From assembly GCF_001194135.2 (NCBI RefSeq), contig NC_068991.1, positions 44,913,869 through 44,965,074 on the forward strand: a stretch of DNA of 51,206 bases, written 5' to 3'. This document shows, piece after piece, positions 1 through 11,006 of this stretch. Below the pieces are notes generated by a model, which saw only the letters and a list, made by a program, of their open reading frames with translations, was not told the origin of the DNA and did no database searches. Made by a program: the position numbers and the translations under genes. Source of the DNA: Octopus bimaculoides (taxonomy: Eukaryota). How positions within the stretch are numbered: the stretch's first letter is position 1; each line of letters opens with the position of its first letter.

Positions 1-22
1 TATATGAGTGTGTGTGTGTATG

Positions 23-403
23 TGGAGGCGCAATGGCCCAGTGGTTAGGGCAGCAAACTCGCAGTCACAAGATTGCAGTTTCGATTCTCAGACCGGGCGT
101 TGTGAGTGTTTATAGAGGGAAAACACCTAAAGCTCCACGAGGCTCCGGCAGTGGGCGATGGTGAACTCTGCTGTATTCTTTCACCAGAAATTTCCCTCAC
201 TCTTTCTTCCCGTTTCTGTTGTAAATGTATTTCAAAGGAGCAGCCTTGTCACACTCTGTGTCACGTTGAATCTCCCCGACAACTACGTTAAGGGTACACG
301 TTTCTCTGTAGTGCTCAGCCACTTGCACGTTAATTTCAGGAGCAGGCTGTTCCGTTGATCGGATCAACTGGAACCCTCGTCGTCGTAATCGACTGAGTAC
401 CAC
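23..403 (+). mobile_element. tRNA-derived SINE, family A (near full length)
   Basis: Pol III A box TGGCCCAGTGG (34-44) and B-box-like GTTTCGATTCT (78-88). The body and 3' end align closely with a second copy at 48801-49084. Flanked by TG/TA microsatellite. Confidence 0.85.
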
Positions 404-423
404 TATATATATATATATATATA

Positions 424-1600
424 CACTCAAACACAAACATGATAGAAATAGCACCCCATAAAACATCGTTTTTTGTTTATTCTAACTTGTAAAGTTTAAT
501 ATTTTTTATTAATTGACATTTTTATGTTTCAGGTTCTATATGTGACTTTTTAATCATGTCATGTACAAAAGAAGCCTTGCAACTGTCAGAATTTCAAAGA
601 GACCATATTGTGGGACAATCTGAAGGTGTACATAGCGTAAAATCGCAAAAAAATCTTGGGATCATGCTTTCTACAGTTAATAGAGTGACTGTGCAATTCA
701 CCCGAGAGGGGAATAAGTCCACATCACCTCGCCCAGGTTGACCAGGTTTCTCTGACAGGACATTTCTCTTAACAAAGTTAATCCTCGTTGCAAGGCATCT
801 GACATAGCAGAACACGTTGATGTCAGTCTCACAACACTGTCAGGTATCTCCGCACACTTGGTTACTATAGCAGAGCACCAAGAAGGAAGCCACTTCTTTG
901 ACCAGCCAATATCAAGCGGAGAAAAGATTGGGCCAGTGAGATGGTGGAGAGGCTACTAACATTTTTGGACACCGTTATATTCTACAGTGAGACTAGATTT
1001 ATTGTATTTTTTGACAGTGGCCGAATGTGGGTCTGGAAACACTGTGATTAAGAATCTGACGTGAAAAGATTGCAGCCAAAAATGAAACATGACAGCTTTT
1101 CTGTGATGCTCTGGGGAGCAATTTGGAGCAATGGTCAATCAGATCTGGTGGAGTGTGACGGAAACATAAACTCAGATAAATATATGTCCATATTGCAGAA
1201 ACGACTCCTTCAAATCTTCTCCTGTGGTGAAATAATTAAAGAAGACTCTTTATTTGTGGAAAATGGAGCTCCTTGTCACACGGCTAAAGTGACCCAAGAT
1301 TTGTTGAATGAGAAGGGCATTAAAAAGCTTCCATGGCCAAGCCAGTCACCAGATATGAACTCTATTGAACAGCTCTAGGGCATAATGGACAGGACAATTC
1401 ATAAAAAGAACAAGAAAGCATTTTCAAAGCCAGATCTTTTGAAATTACTGCATGAAACTTGGCTAGAAATTTCTCAAGAAAATATTCGTCTTCTGATCAG
1501 TAACATGTCTAATAAGGGGGTTGCATTGAAAAATGCAAAGGGCATGTGTACTAAATATTAAATATTCACATTATAACATTTAATAAATAATTTGAATGTA
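424..1600 (+). mobile_element. Tc1-family DNA transposon, degenerate transposase (about 556-1560), D34E type
   Basis: Starts TA|CACTC after (TA)n. The N-terminus LSEFQRDHIVG is paired-like HTH. Motifs SETRF...RMWVW, SVMLWGAI and GAPCHTAK...WPSQSPDMNSIEQL give 34-residue spacing, with the second catalytic D changed to N. Multiple stops and frameshifts; the right TIR was not found. Confidence 0.9.
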
Positions 1601-2145
1601 AAATTTCAGACCACAACTGATGGGATGGATCCTGAAATAATTCCGTATAAGAGAGCAAGAAACCAGCATTTGTTCTCAGCCGTCTGGATTACTGCTCACA
1701 ACAATCGTGGCCAAACAGTATAAAATAATCAGCATAACGAGAAACAATCAAAACGAAGCTTCACATGGAAGATCGCCCCAGTTCCACAGCTAACCTACTG
1801 GGATAGATTGAAAGCATTAAAAATCTCGTCAGTGGGGAGAAGACGACAAAAATATTCATTGATGAATATATGGAAGATTCTTGAAGGAACAGTGGCGAAC
1901 TTTGTTGTTAGAGCTATAGCAAATCCCTAACCGGTTCCCACGACATAACATCGAAGTTCTTATCATCTCCATCAAAATAAAGGATCACATATCACAACGG
2001 CTTACTTTAATGGCTCACGTCATTTCAGTAGTGTCAAAGAAAGAGTAATCAAAACGGAAATCGTGTATGTTTTCAAGAAGTACTGAGATATTCTACTGTC
2101 TGCAATCCCAGGCAAACCAACGTCAGGTAGCGGAATCAAACTCAT
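1600..2145 (+). mobile_element. LINE 3' fragment, CR1 group (L2/Crack/Daphne-like), ORF2 C-terminus
   Basis: Translates to RSFTWKIAPVPQLTYWDRLKALKISSVGRRRQKYSLMNIWKILEGTVANF, matching the QRxFT..LSYWERL..L.SL.RRR.R....WKILEG pattern. Ends AESNS directly into a (CATA)n tail. Confidence 0.8.
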
Positions 2146-2275
2146 ACATACATACATACATACATACATACATACATACATACATACATACATACATTCT
2201 TACATACATACATACATACACACATCCATCCATCCATCCATCCATCCATCCATCCATCCATCCATCCATCCATAC
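2143..2275. repeat. Compound (CATA)n/(CATC)n microsatellite
   Basis: Directly visible tetranucleotide arrays. Confidence 0.95.
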
Positions 2276-2567
2276 GTTTGTGTATGTATTATATACGTAT
2301 ATATACATATATACGTTATATATATCTTTATCTAGCTATCTATATCCAGGCTTATATATATATTTATGTATGTATATATATATATATATAAGTAGAAGTA
2401 TGCATATACATGCAGACGCATGCGCATACGTGTGTGTATATCCAGGCATATAAATAAATATATATATCATTATATATCATTATGTATTATATATATCAAT
2501 ATCATTATATCTCTCTCTCTCTATATATATATATATATGTGTGTGTGTGGGTGTGTGTGTGTGTGTG

Positions 2568-2610
<43 letters not shown>

Positions 2611-2627
2611 ATATATATATATATATA

Positions 2628-3477
2628 CGCGGTCTGATTAATAAGTATCTGGACTGTTGCCACAGTAACGAAGCTAAAGCACGCAGAGTGAAGCTGCTTG
2701 GCAGAGTTTGACCTTCAACTCTGTTGTGCATGCGCACTACATTTTAACGTTCTAGTTCACTCCCGCTGTTTTCACCAGTGCTCGGAAGGAAGGCATGTAG
2801 CGTGTGATCGGTGCATTGACCATGACGGAGAAAGTTGAGCAGAGAATCTGCATCTAATTTTGCAAAAGCTTGGCGATACCTGCTCAGAGGCCTACGCCAA
2901 GTTTTCATCGTTCTCGACACAATGAAGGAGATCTTGTGCAACAGAAGCCCGAGTGTTTTTTTGGTCAGCTGAAAGCAGTTTTGGCACAAACTTGGCAGAC
3001 ACGCGTCTCATATTCAAATAGCCAGTGATAATGGACTGAACTGAACCGTAACTAATCGGCACATCCTTTGATAACTCACAAATGGTGATTCGACAATTTC
3101 TCCTCACACCTGCACGCACATCTGTTGGTTGTGGGTCACCTAAAACGTTCGTCAATATCGACATTTTTTCGGCCGTCTTAGAATCGTCTGGATCACTCGT
3201 ACACTTGTGTGCAGCTCATATACTCCTCTCCATACACTTTCTACAACTTTGCGTAGGCCTCTGAACAAGTATCGCCATGACAACTTTCTCTGTCATGGTC
3301 AATGCGACAATCACACGCTACACATGTTCCTTCCAAGCACTGCTGTAAACAGTGGAAATGAGCTAGAATATTAAAGCTTAGTGCGCATGCACATCAGTGT
3401 TCAAGGTCAATCTGTGTCAAGCGACTTAACTCAGCGTTACTATGACAACAGTCGGGATCCTTATTGATCAGACCTCG
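2628..3477. mobile_element. Non-autonomous mariner derivative made of two inverted 5' ends
   Basis: TIR CG(C/A)GGTCTGAT(T/C)AATAAG at both ends. The left arm (2628-2903) carries the transposase start MTEKVEQRICI*F. The right arm (3477-2901, minus) carries the same 5' region and continues to RRVSAKFVPKLLSADQK. Confidence 0.85.
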
Positions 3478-4174
3478 TGTATATCATCCGATAGAGTATC
3501 CAATGCCAGTATCCGATACACCGTCCTTTCTGTACTGTCTACTATCTCTTGCTCTTCCACTTGTTTCTGGCAGCCCTCGCTAACTCTTACCATTGTTCAC
3601 TTCTGTTAGTTTCCATTCCTCTCTGTCACTCTTTCCATTCACTCTGTTCTTACCTTCATACTCTTACTACCGCTACACACCCATCCTGGATCTTGTTTTA
3701 TTACTATCTCTTCGCGTCACTCTTGCGGTCATTGCCAAAAAGTGAACGAACCATTTATGGACGATTGAAGTTTATTTAGATTTACCGGTACCGAGACAAC
3801 CTCATTAGCATTTGTGCCATGATAAAAATGCACTGTTCAGTGGTTGACAAACTAGTGAAAATGAAGTAGGATGGGGAGGACTCTAATATTGTTGAGAGTA
3901 AGATGGCATCTATAGTGCTGGTGTCACGACAAAATACTCTTTGAAGTAGTTCGCGATAAGAAGAACATCCTGGCATAGAATCCGAGTTAAAAATGAAATA
4001 TATAAGCAAGATGTAGATCTACAATTTGTTTAGGAAAACAGTAACTCCGAAGAAGACCAATTCGGACCATAATAACCCGTACCACCCATGCCAGCATGGA
4101 AAGCAATCGTAATTATGATAATAGTGATGATATTCGGTTATACAGTTTACAGCAGACACGAGTTTCCATACTTC

Positions 4175-4175
<1 letters not shown>

Positions 4176-4256
<81 letters not shown>
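4176..4256. repeat. (TATC)n microsatellite
   Basis: Directly visible. Similar arrays occur near 19060, 33475, 37075, 42100, 43290 and 50190. Confidence 0.95.
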
Positions 4257-4768
4257 ACAACCGTTATACAATATTTTACATACATTATTTACATTATTTT
4301 CATTTGACGGATATTTGTCCTCATCTATAGAACAATATTTTACATATTACTCACTTCATACACACACGCACACACACAAACACACTTCACAAACACACAC
4401 TCACACACACACACATACGTTTGTAGGTATAATGGTCGTTATCATGTCGCTATCCGAACTCTATTACTATTATATCCTAAAATCCCGTAACATGGAATTA
4501 TCTGTGTAATAACACGAATTTTTTTTCCTGATGTCTCTTCACAAGTGTGCTTGAATATATGGTGTTGTAAGTCATTATATACCGTGCACGTTAATAGGCA
4601 ATTTATAAACCTTTACTTCCTGTATTCTTCTGTATTAGGTATATATAATACTAAACATTGAATAATGTCTGGACTGAGATCCCGTTGACACGTCACTAGT
4701 ATGTCATTATACTTACTTCATTTAAATGTGCTAATTTAGGAGGTCAGAAGTTGCGATGTTACAACTTT

Positions 4769-4813
<45 letters not shown>

Positions 4814-4853
4814 NNNNNNNNNNNNNNNNNNNNNNNNNNNATCTATCTGTCTA

Positions 4854-4890
<37 letters not shown>

Positions 4891-5114
4891 AAATATATAT
4901 ACATTTATATATGCTGGGTCACCGTGTTCAAGCGCTTAATCAACCACATCGATACGATATATATATATTTCTGTCTTCTATTTAACTTATCGATCCGAAA
5001 TGGTTGACATGCTTAGTTACTGGACATAAAATGATATTCACACAATTGCAACTGATTTTTTAACCATAGCTGTTTATGCAGGCAGATTTACGCATATCAC
5101 ATAAATACAATCGC

Positions 5115-5237
5115 AAAAAGGTTTCTGAACAATTTCCCTTTACTAATCTCAAGGCACTGGCCAAATCGAGGCTGATATAGAAGATGCCCCTAGCGAAATC
5201 GAATCTAGAACCACACGGTTGCAAAGCGTAATTCTTT
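5115..5237 (-). mobile_element. Degenerate fragment of tRNA-derived SINE family C
   Basis: The reverse complement AAGAATTACGCTTTGCAACCGTGTGGTTCTAG...TCTTCTA..AGCCTCG resembles the 5' part of the SINE at 50421. Confidence 0.45.
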
Positions 5238-5855
5238 TTCGCCCTATATATATGAGGTATATATAATTTATTGAATGACTGAATGAATGGATGTCTGCAT
5301 GCATATATGTATGCATGTCAGATCGCTCTTAGTTCTATGTGGTAGCGTAGCCCTGTACAACCCATCTCATAGTCAGGCTCATGAGATGTACAACCCATCT
5401 CATAGTCTCGAGTTAGCAGTGCAGATGATTTATATATTTATTCTACCAACACTGTACTTACGCAAAACATAGTTTTCCCAGAAGCACTGTCGGCTTCATT
5501 TCACATATGCTGAAGTGTGCAGTCTGCCTAACATTACAGAGATGGTGATTTTCACAATGAAGCAACTTACTTTCCATGTACCTGACTTTCTGCAATATGG
5601 ATACCTCTACGTCCTAATACGCCATCCAGTTCTTTACCTCCATAATTCTAGGTCATTTTGGGGGCGATGTAAGGATTTAATCCTAATCTAAGCTGCCATT
5701 CTACATGTTCTGGATGTCAACAACTTCAGCATTGTTCATCACAAAATGACTGAAAAATATGTTTCTAAAGAAGAGTTGTTTGCTTCACACTCCTCGCGTG
5801 CCGATTCTGCCCATAAGAAAGAAACAAATAATACAATGTGGCTGTCGGTCATAAC

Positions 5856-5885
5856 ACCCGGGCAACGCTGTGATGCATTGCTAGT
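5856..5885 (+). mobile_element. Helitron-type 3' terminus (GC-rich motif + CTAG|T)
   Basis: CCCGGGCAACGC...TGCATTGCTAGT closely resembles the end of the helicase-bearing Helitron at 7651-7676. Confidence 0.45.
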
Positions 5886-5889
5886 GTAG

Positions 5890-5963
<74 letters not shown>

Positions 5964-6051
5964 AATAATAAAAAAATAGTAATATACGTGGCTAGCAAGC
6001 ATAAAATAACCAAGAAGGAAAAATTATTACCGTAATTTTATACTCAGGGTA

Positions 6052-6411
6052 CAAGATAGTACACAGCATTGCTAGAAATAGAGTCCAAACAACTCAAGAA
6101 CAACAGTCAATCATTTATACCTACTGGTGAATTCGAGGAAACTAGTATATAAAAAGCCAACTTACTAATAGCGAGTAAAAATCGCAAATGAATTTGCAAA
6201 ATACTCATCACTTGATTTCGAAACCTGTGATAAACACTTAGTCCTCAGCAATGAGTATTACTGCTGAGGTATAAATGTACTTGTGATATGAGTACGTCTG
6301 CAAACTCATTTGCGATTTTTACTCGCTATTGGTGAATTGGTTTTTTATATACTCGTTCCTTCGAATTTACCGTTTAGACTCTTATTTCTGGCAATGCTGT
6401 GTACTATCTTG
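6052..6411. mobile_element. Fold-back MITE with TA target-site duplication (Tc1/mariner type)
   Basis: TA|CAAGATAGTACACAGCATTGC ... GCAATGCTGTGTACTATCTTG|TA. The internal arms are also inverted (AATAGCGAGTAAAAATCGCAAATGA / TCATTTGCGATTTTTACTCGCTATT). Confidence 0.85.
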
Positions 6412-7099
6412 TAGTTTGAAATATAGATACTCTCAGTAAACATGATTTGATTTGATTAGCTACAAATTTAAATGTGAATCACGGAGAGAAATATATTATT
6501 TTCTACCTGTCATTGTCTATGAAAGTGCGTGCTAGTTTTTTAAAATATAATTCTTTAAATGAAGAATTTTAATACTTAAATCATAGAAGCTCCTGCACGT
6601 TTTACCTGGTCCAATTTCATTCCATAATCTTAAAATGATTATTTAATATTTGTGCAACATATCGGGAAAGTTGCCATAGGAGATACTCCATGGAAGGTTA
6701 CGCGGACTGAAATACTGTCTTGGGAAAAGCTGAAGTTCTACATTCATCACAGCTTCTCGAGAACCTCTTTGCTATCATTTTCTGTGCCTACTCACCATCC
6801 AGTCATCAGCTACTTTGCACAATCACCAGGGGAACATATCAGAAGACATACTGTATCAAACTTACATGACCAAAACTAAACCAACACACCTATAATTTAC
6901 CTATGCCATGTACATTTAAGTACTAATCTTCATTGAAAACAAATAGTAAAGTTTTAAACAGTATGGGCTAGCATCTTCAATATTAGCTGCAGCAGCAACT
7001 CTTAGTCGAGGTATTCTTCAGTCAAGCAGGTGATGCAAGTCTGTTCACATAGCAGTTGACGGTCACGTCGCTGTCAGATAATAAACATATTTTTCACAA

Positions 7100-7675
7100 T
7101 TTCTTTTAGCCTAGGCATGTGTTTCCTCACAATCTGCAACTGGAAATAGGAGCATCCATTTTGTTGTTACAAAATTTGTATATACCAAAATCTATGTAAC
7201 GGTATGAGACTAGTTGTTAAATCTCCTACCATAAGTCGTCGAAGCCATTATAGTTCATATACATTTCCCTTATTTCATCAGATATGCTATTTGCACTTAA
7301 GTACTTTCAGTTTCCGGTGATACTTTGTCACTGATGATCAAGTGTTTCAGGGATAATCTCTTAAGTTTGCTGGAATTGAGCTGACAAATCCATGTTTCTA
7401 TGATGGTCATATGTAATGTTTGTCCTTGTTCTAGGCCGAGCAGACAACTTGCCATTAACACACCAATTCGCAAAACATGAATTGTTGTCTACACCCAACT
7501 AAAATAAAATACGTTTGTGCTAGACATGTTTCGATTTTATGTGTAGTATTTCAATTTAGAATTACAAGAACATATATGAAGTAAATCATGGAGCTAGTAG
7601 TTCAAGTTAAATCATTTCAGTTTAATTATCTGCTTCTACATATTCGGCTAGGGCAAAGCCAACTGCATCTGCTAG
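7100..7675 (+). mobile_element. Helitron remnant: PIF1-like helicase C-terminus and 3' end
   Basis: PHNLQLEIGASILLLQNLYIPK-LCNGMRLVVK, FQFPVILC and QG*SLKFAGIELTNPCF match Helitron RepHel helicase motifs. Ends GGGCAAAGCC...GCTAG|T. The 5' boundary is uncertain and may extend to about 6480. Confidence 0.85.
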
Positions 7676-8046
7676 TGTCTGCGTGTGTGTGTACACACAA
7701 ACACAGACATAGATATATATATGTATATATATATATATATNNNNNNNNNNNNNNNNNNNNNNNNNNNNNNNNNNNNNNNNNNNNNNNNNNNNNNNNNNNN
7801 NNNNNNNNNNNNNNNNNNNNNNNNNNNNNNNNNNNNNNNNNNNNNNNNNNNNNNNNNNNNNNNNNNNNNNNNNNNNNNNNNNNNNNNNNNNNNNNNNNNN
7901 NNNNNNNNNNNNNNNNNNNNNNNNNNNNNNNNNNNNNNNNNNNNNNNNNNNNNNNNNNNNNNNNNNNNNNNNNNNNNNNNNNNNNNNNNNNNNNNNNNNN
8001 NNNNNNNNNNNNNNNNNNNNNNNNNNNNNNNNNNNNNNNNNNNNNN

Positions 8047-8080
<34 letters not shown>

Positions 8081-8861
8081 CGTGCATAGATATTTTCTCC
8101 TGAATATTAATTAGCAAAATAACAGTGTTTCAATATTAAGCGGAAAAGGATATCTGATTTTTCTTCTTCTGGTGGAATCGTATGAGGGTAGGGGGGATAG
8201 AGGGAGGGGGAACGATTAACGGATATTATAGTTCTCTTGCTAAAAATAGCTCAGTTCGGAAAACTGAATTCGTCTCTTCGAAGAACGTCGGTTAGCAATA
8301 GCGGTAGCTCTATCGCCTAATATGTTGTTTACAGTGCAACAGGAAATTTTCAATGGTTCTTCTCTATATGCGTGTCAGTGTGCATATGTTTATATATCAT
8401 TCATACTTGTTTTGTATATGTGTGAATTATGTCTATCGTAACGAAGTACTTCTTCCCCACACGTATAGAAAGACTCAGTCACAATCACACAGAAATACAC
8501 ACACACACACACACACTATATAGATCATGCGCTGAATAGTGCATATTACAAACGCTTGCACTTACGCCTGCGCATACACACACAAATCCGCGCGCGCGCG
8601 CAAACACACATGCGCGCGCACACTCGCAAATACAAATAAACACATGCATATGAGGAAGTACATGTTGTCACTGTTCTTCAGCAATCCTATTTATTATTAG
8701 CACAGTCGCATTCTCGATGACTGAGCGTTTGGATTCTATTATCATGAATTTTTCTCTTAATTCGTGTCAATCAGCTCTATGACACGTGGGGCTTGCCGAT
8801 GTAAAACGGAAATAATTTCGGAGACAGCATGAAAGCCTCAATGACAATAGTAGTCTTTATA

Positions 8862-8896
<35 letters not shown>

Positions 8897-10683
8897 NNNN
8901 NNNNNNNNNNNNNNNNNNNNNNNNNNNNNNNNNNNNNNNNNNNNNNNNNNNNNNNNNNNNNNNNNNNNNNNNNNNNNNNNNNNNNNNNNNNNNNNNNNNN
9001 NNNNNNNNNNNNNNNNNNNNNNNNNNNNNNNNNNNNNNNNNNNNNNNNNNNNNNNNNNNNNNNNNNNNNNNNNNNNNNNNNNNNNNNNNNNNNNNNNNNN
9101 NNNNNNNNNNNNNNNNNNNNNNNNNNNNNNNNNNNNNNNNNNNNNNNNNNNNNNNNNNNNNNNNNNNNNNNNNNNNNNNNNNNNNNNNNNNNNNNNNNNN
9201 NNNNNNNNNNNNNNNNNNNNNNNNNNNNNNNNNNNNNNNNNNNNNNNNNNNNNNNNNNNNNNNNNNNNNNNNNNNNNNNNNNNNNNNNNNNNNNNNNNNN
9301 NNNNNNNNNNNNNNNNNNNNNNNNNNNNNNNNNNNNNNNNNNNNNNNNNNNNNNNNNNNNNNNNNNNNNNNNNNNNNNNNNNNNNNNNNNNNNNNNNNNN
9401 NNNNNNNNNNNNNNNNNNNNNNNNNNNNNNNNNNNNNNNNNNNNNNNNNNNNNNNNNNNCTCAGCCACACATGCACACAACACACACATGCACTAAACAC
9501 ACATTTATATATGTATATGTATATATATATCTACACACACACACACACAAACACACATGTATGTGTATATATATATATATATACATATACACATATACAT
9601 GCATACATACATGCATACATACATGCATACATACATACATATATATACATACATATATACACACACACATAGATCATATGACTAAAAGATACTGCACTTT
9701 GTAAATTTTTCAAAGTGATTATTTATTCTTGATGTGACATCTTGAATTCAATATTAGATAGTGGCCAGTGTTCCGTATAGCTGAAGTTCGAATCTTTACG
9801 CTTGTGTGGGGCATTTATATTTTACAACTGACGCACAAATGAAAATGTACGCACAAAATGAAACTGAATTTTTAAAAACTGAAGGTGGCTCCTCGCATGA
9901 GTGCACTCATATTCTACAAGTTGAGGAAAATGCTTACATGCAAGCAAATTTCAGAAATTACTGTACATCCCCACAGCAAAATAATTAGAGGGAACACTGT
10001 CTCCAACTATTAACATGTATATATATAAATACGTTATATAATGTGTGTGTGTTTGTGTGTATGTGTGAATGTATACACATTTGTCTATATTTTTTATGAA
10101 GGTACATTTCGTTGGGCGTAGATCTTGCTTTTCTCGATTAGTGCGGTGTTGCACACTAATGTCGATTAGTGCGATGCCCCGCACTTAAATATCTTCTGCT
10201 ATAAGATGACATTTTTAGCAATAAATGTCACATAGACAGGGTCGAATTTCCAGATACCTATTACTCTCTGTGGCAGAAGCATGGACGAATTTTTAGCGTG
10301 GTACTTGGCAGAATATATGTAAGAGAAGAATAATCGGTACGGCAAGCCAGGGTTAGGTTTCCGCAACCATACGACTGTTGCAGGAGCGATAAAAAGATGA
10401 AAATAAAATATAATGCAATTGTCTTTTGGGTATATTGATGCGAGAAGCAAGAGCAAAGGTGTGCATAGGCTTGTGCTTTTGCTATTTCGAATGCGGTCTA
10501 GAGTGATTTCGTGTGTTTTTGTATAGTGCAACACTTACGGTTGAATAGAAATCATGGCAGATAATGGAATACGATTCGAAATTGATTCACTGTCATATCT
10601 ATACTTATACGAAGTATAAAATACGCATTTCTAGATTTCTGCTGATCGTGTGTGAGTGCGCGTGTGTGTGTGAGCGTGCGTGT

Positions 10684-10725
<42 letters not shown>

Positions 10726-10779
10726 CTGTGTACGAGTAGATGGGGTGCTCATGTATATATGCATGACGTATTAATATAT

Positions 10780-10998
10780 ATTGGTTTCAAATTTTGGCAC
10801 AAGGCCAGCATTTTTCGGGGAATGGATAAGTCAATTACATCGACCCCAGTGCTCAGCTGGTACTTATTTCATCGATCCCGATAGGATGAAAGTTAAAAAT
10901 CGACCTCGGCGGAATTTGAACTCAGAACGTAAAGACGGACAAAATGCCGCTAATCATTTTGCCTGACGGGCTAACGATTCTGCCAGCTCGCTGCCTTA
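10780..10998 (-). mobile_element. tRNA-derived SINE family B (head TAAGGCAGCGAGCTGGCAGAA)
   Basis: Aligns along its length with the copy at 48159-48372: GTTCTGAGTTCAAATTCCGCCGAGG B-box region, GGGGTCGAT repeats and GCTGGCCTTGTGCCAAAAT tail. Confidence 0.9.
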
Positions 10999-11006
10999 TG
11001 TTAATA

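Noticed and set aside
23-95. tRNA gene calls for the SINE heads (also 13513, 48159, 50421)
   Set aside because: A/B boxes are present, but I see no complete cloverleaf or terminator, and each head continues into a multi-copy SINE body.
3786-3969. 184-nt minus-strand open segment with AG/GT ends (CSSYRELLQRVF...)
   Set aside because: No recognisable homology, and it is not phase-compatible with the nearest upstream candidate (10539-10598); plausible by chance.
10240-10330. Plus frame WQKHGRIFSVVLG resembling a cytochrome P450 N-terminal motif
   Set aside because: Only a few residues match, and no other P450 motifs occur in the window.
10539-10598. 60-nt symmetric minus-strand exon candidate (YDSESISNRIPLSAMISIQP, ACC|GTAAGT donor)
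   Set aside because: The acceptor is ambiguous, the peptide is too short to assign, and it does not join the other candidates in phase.
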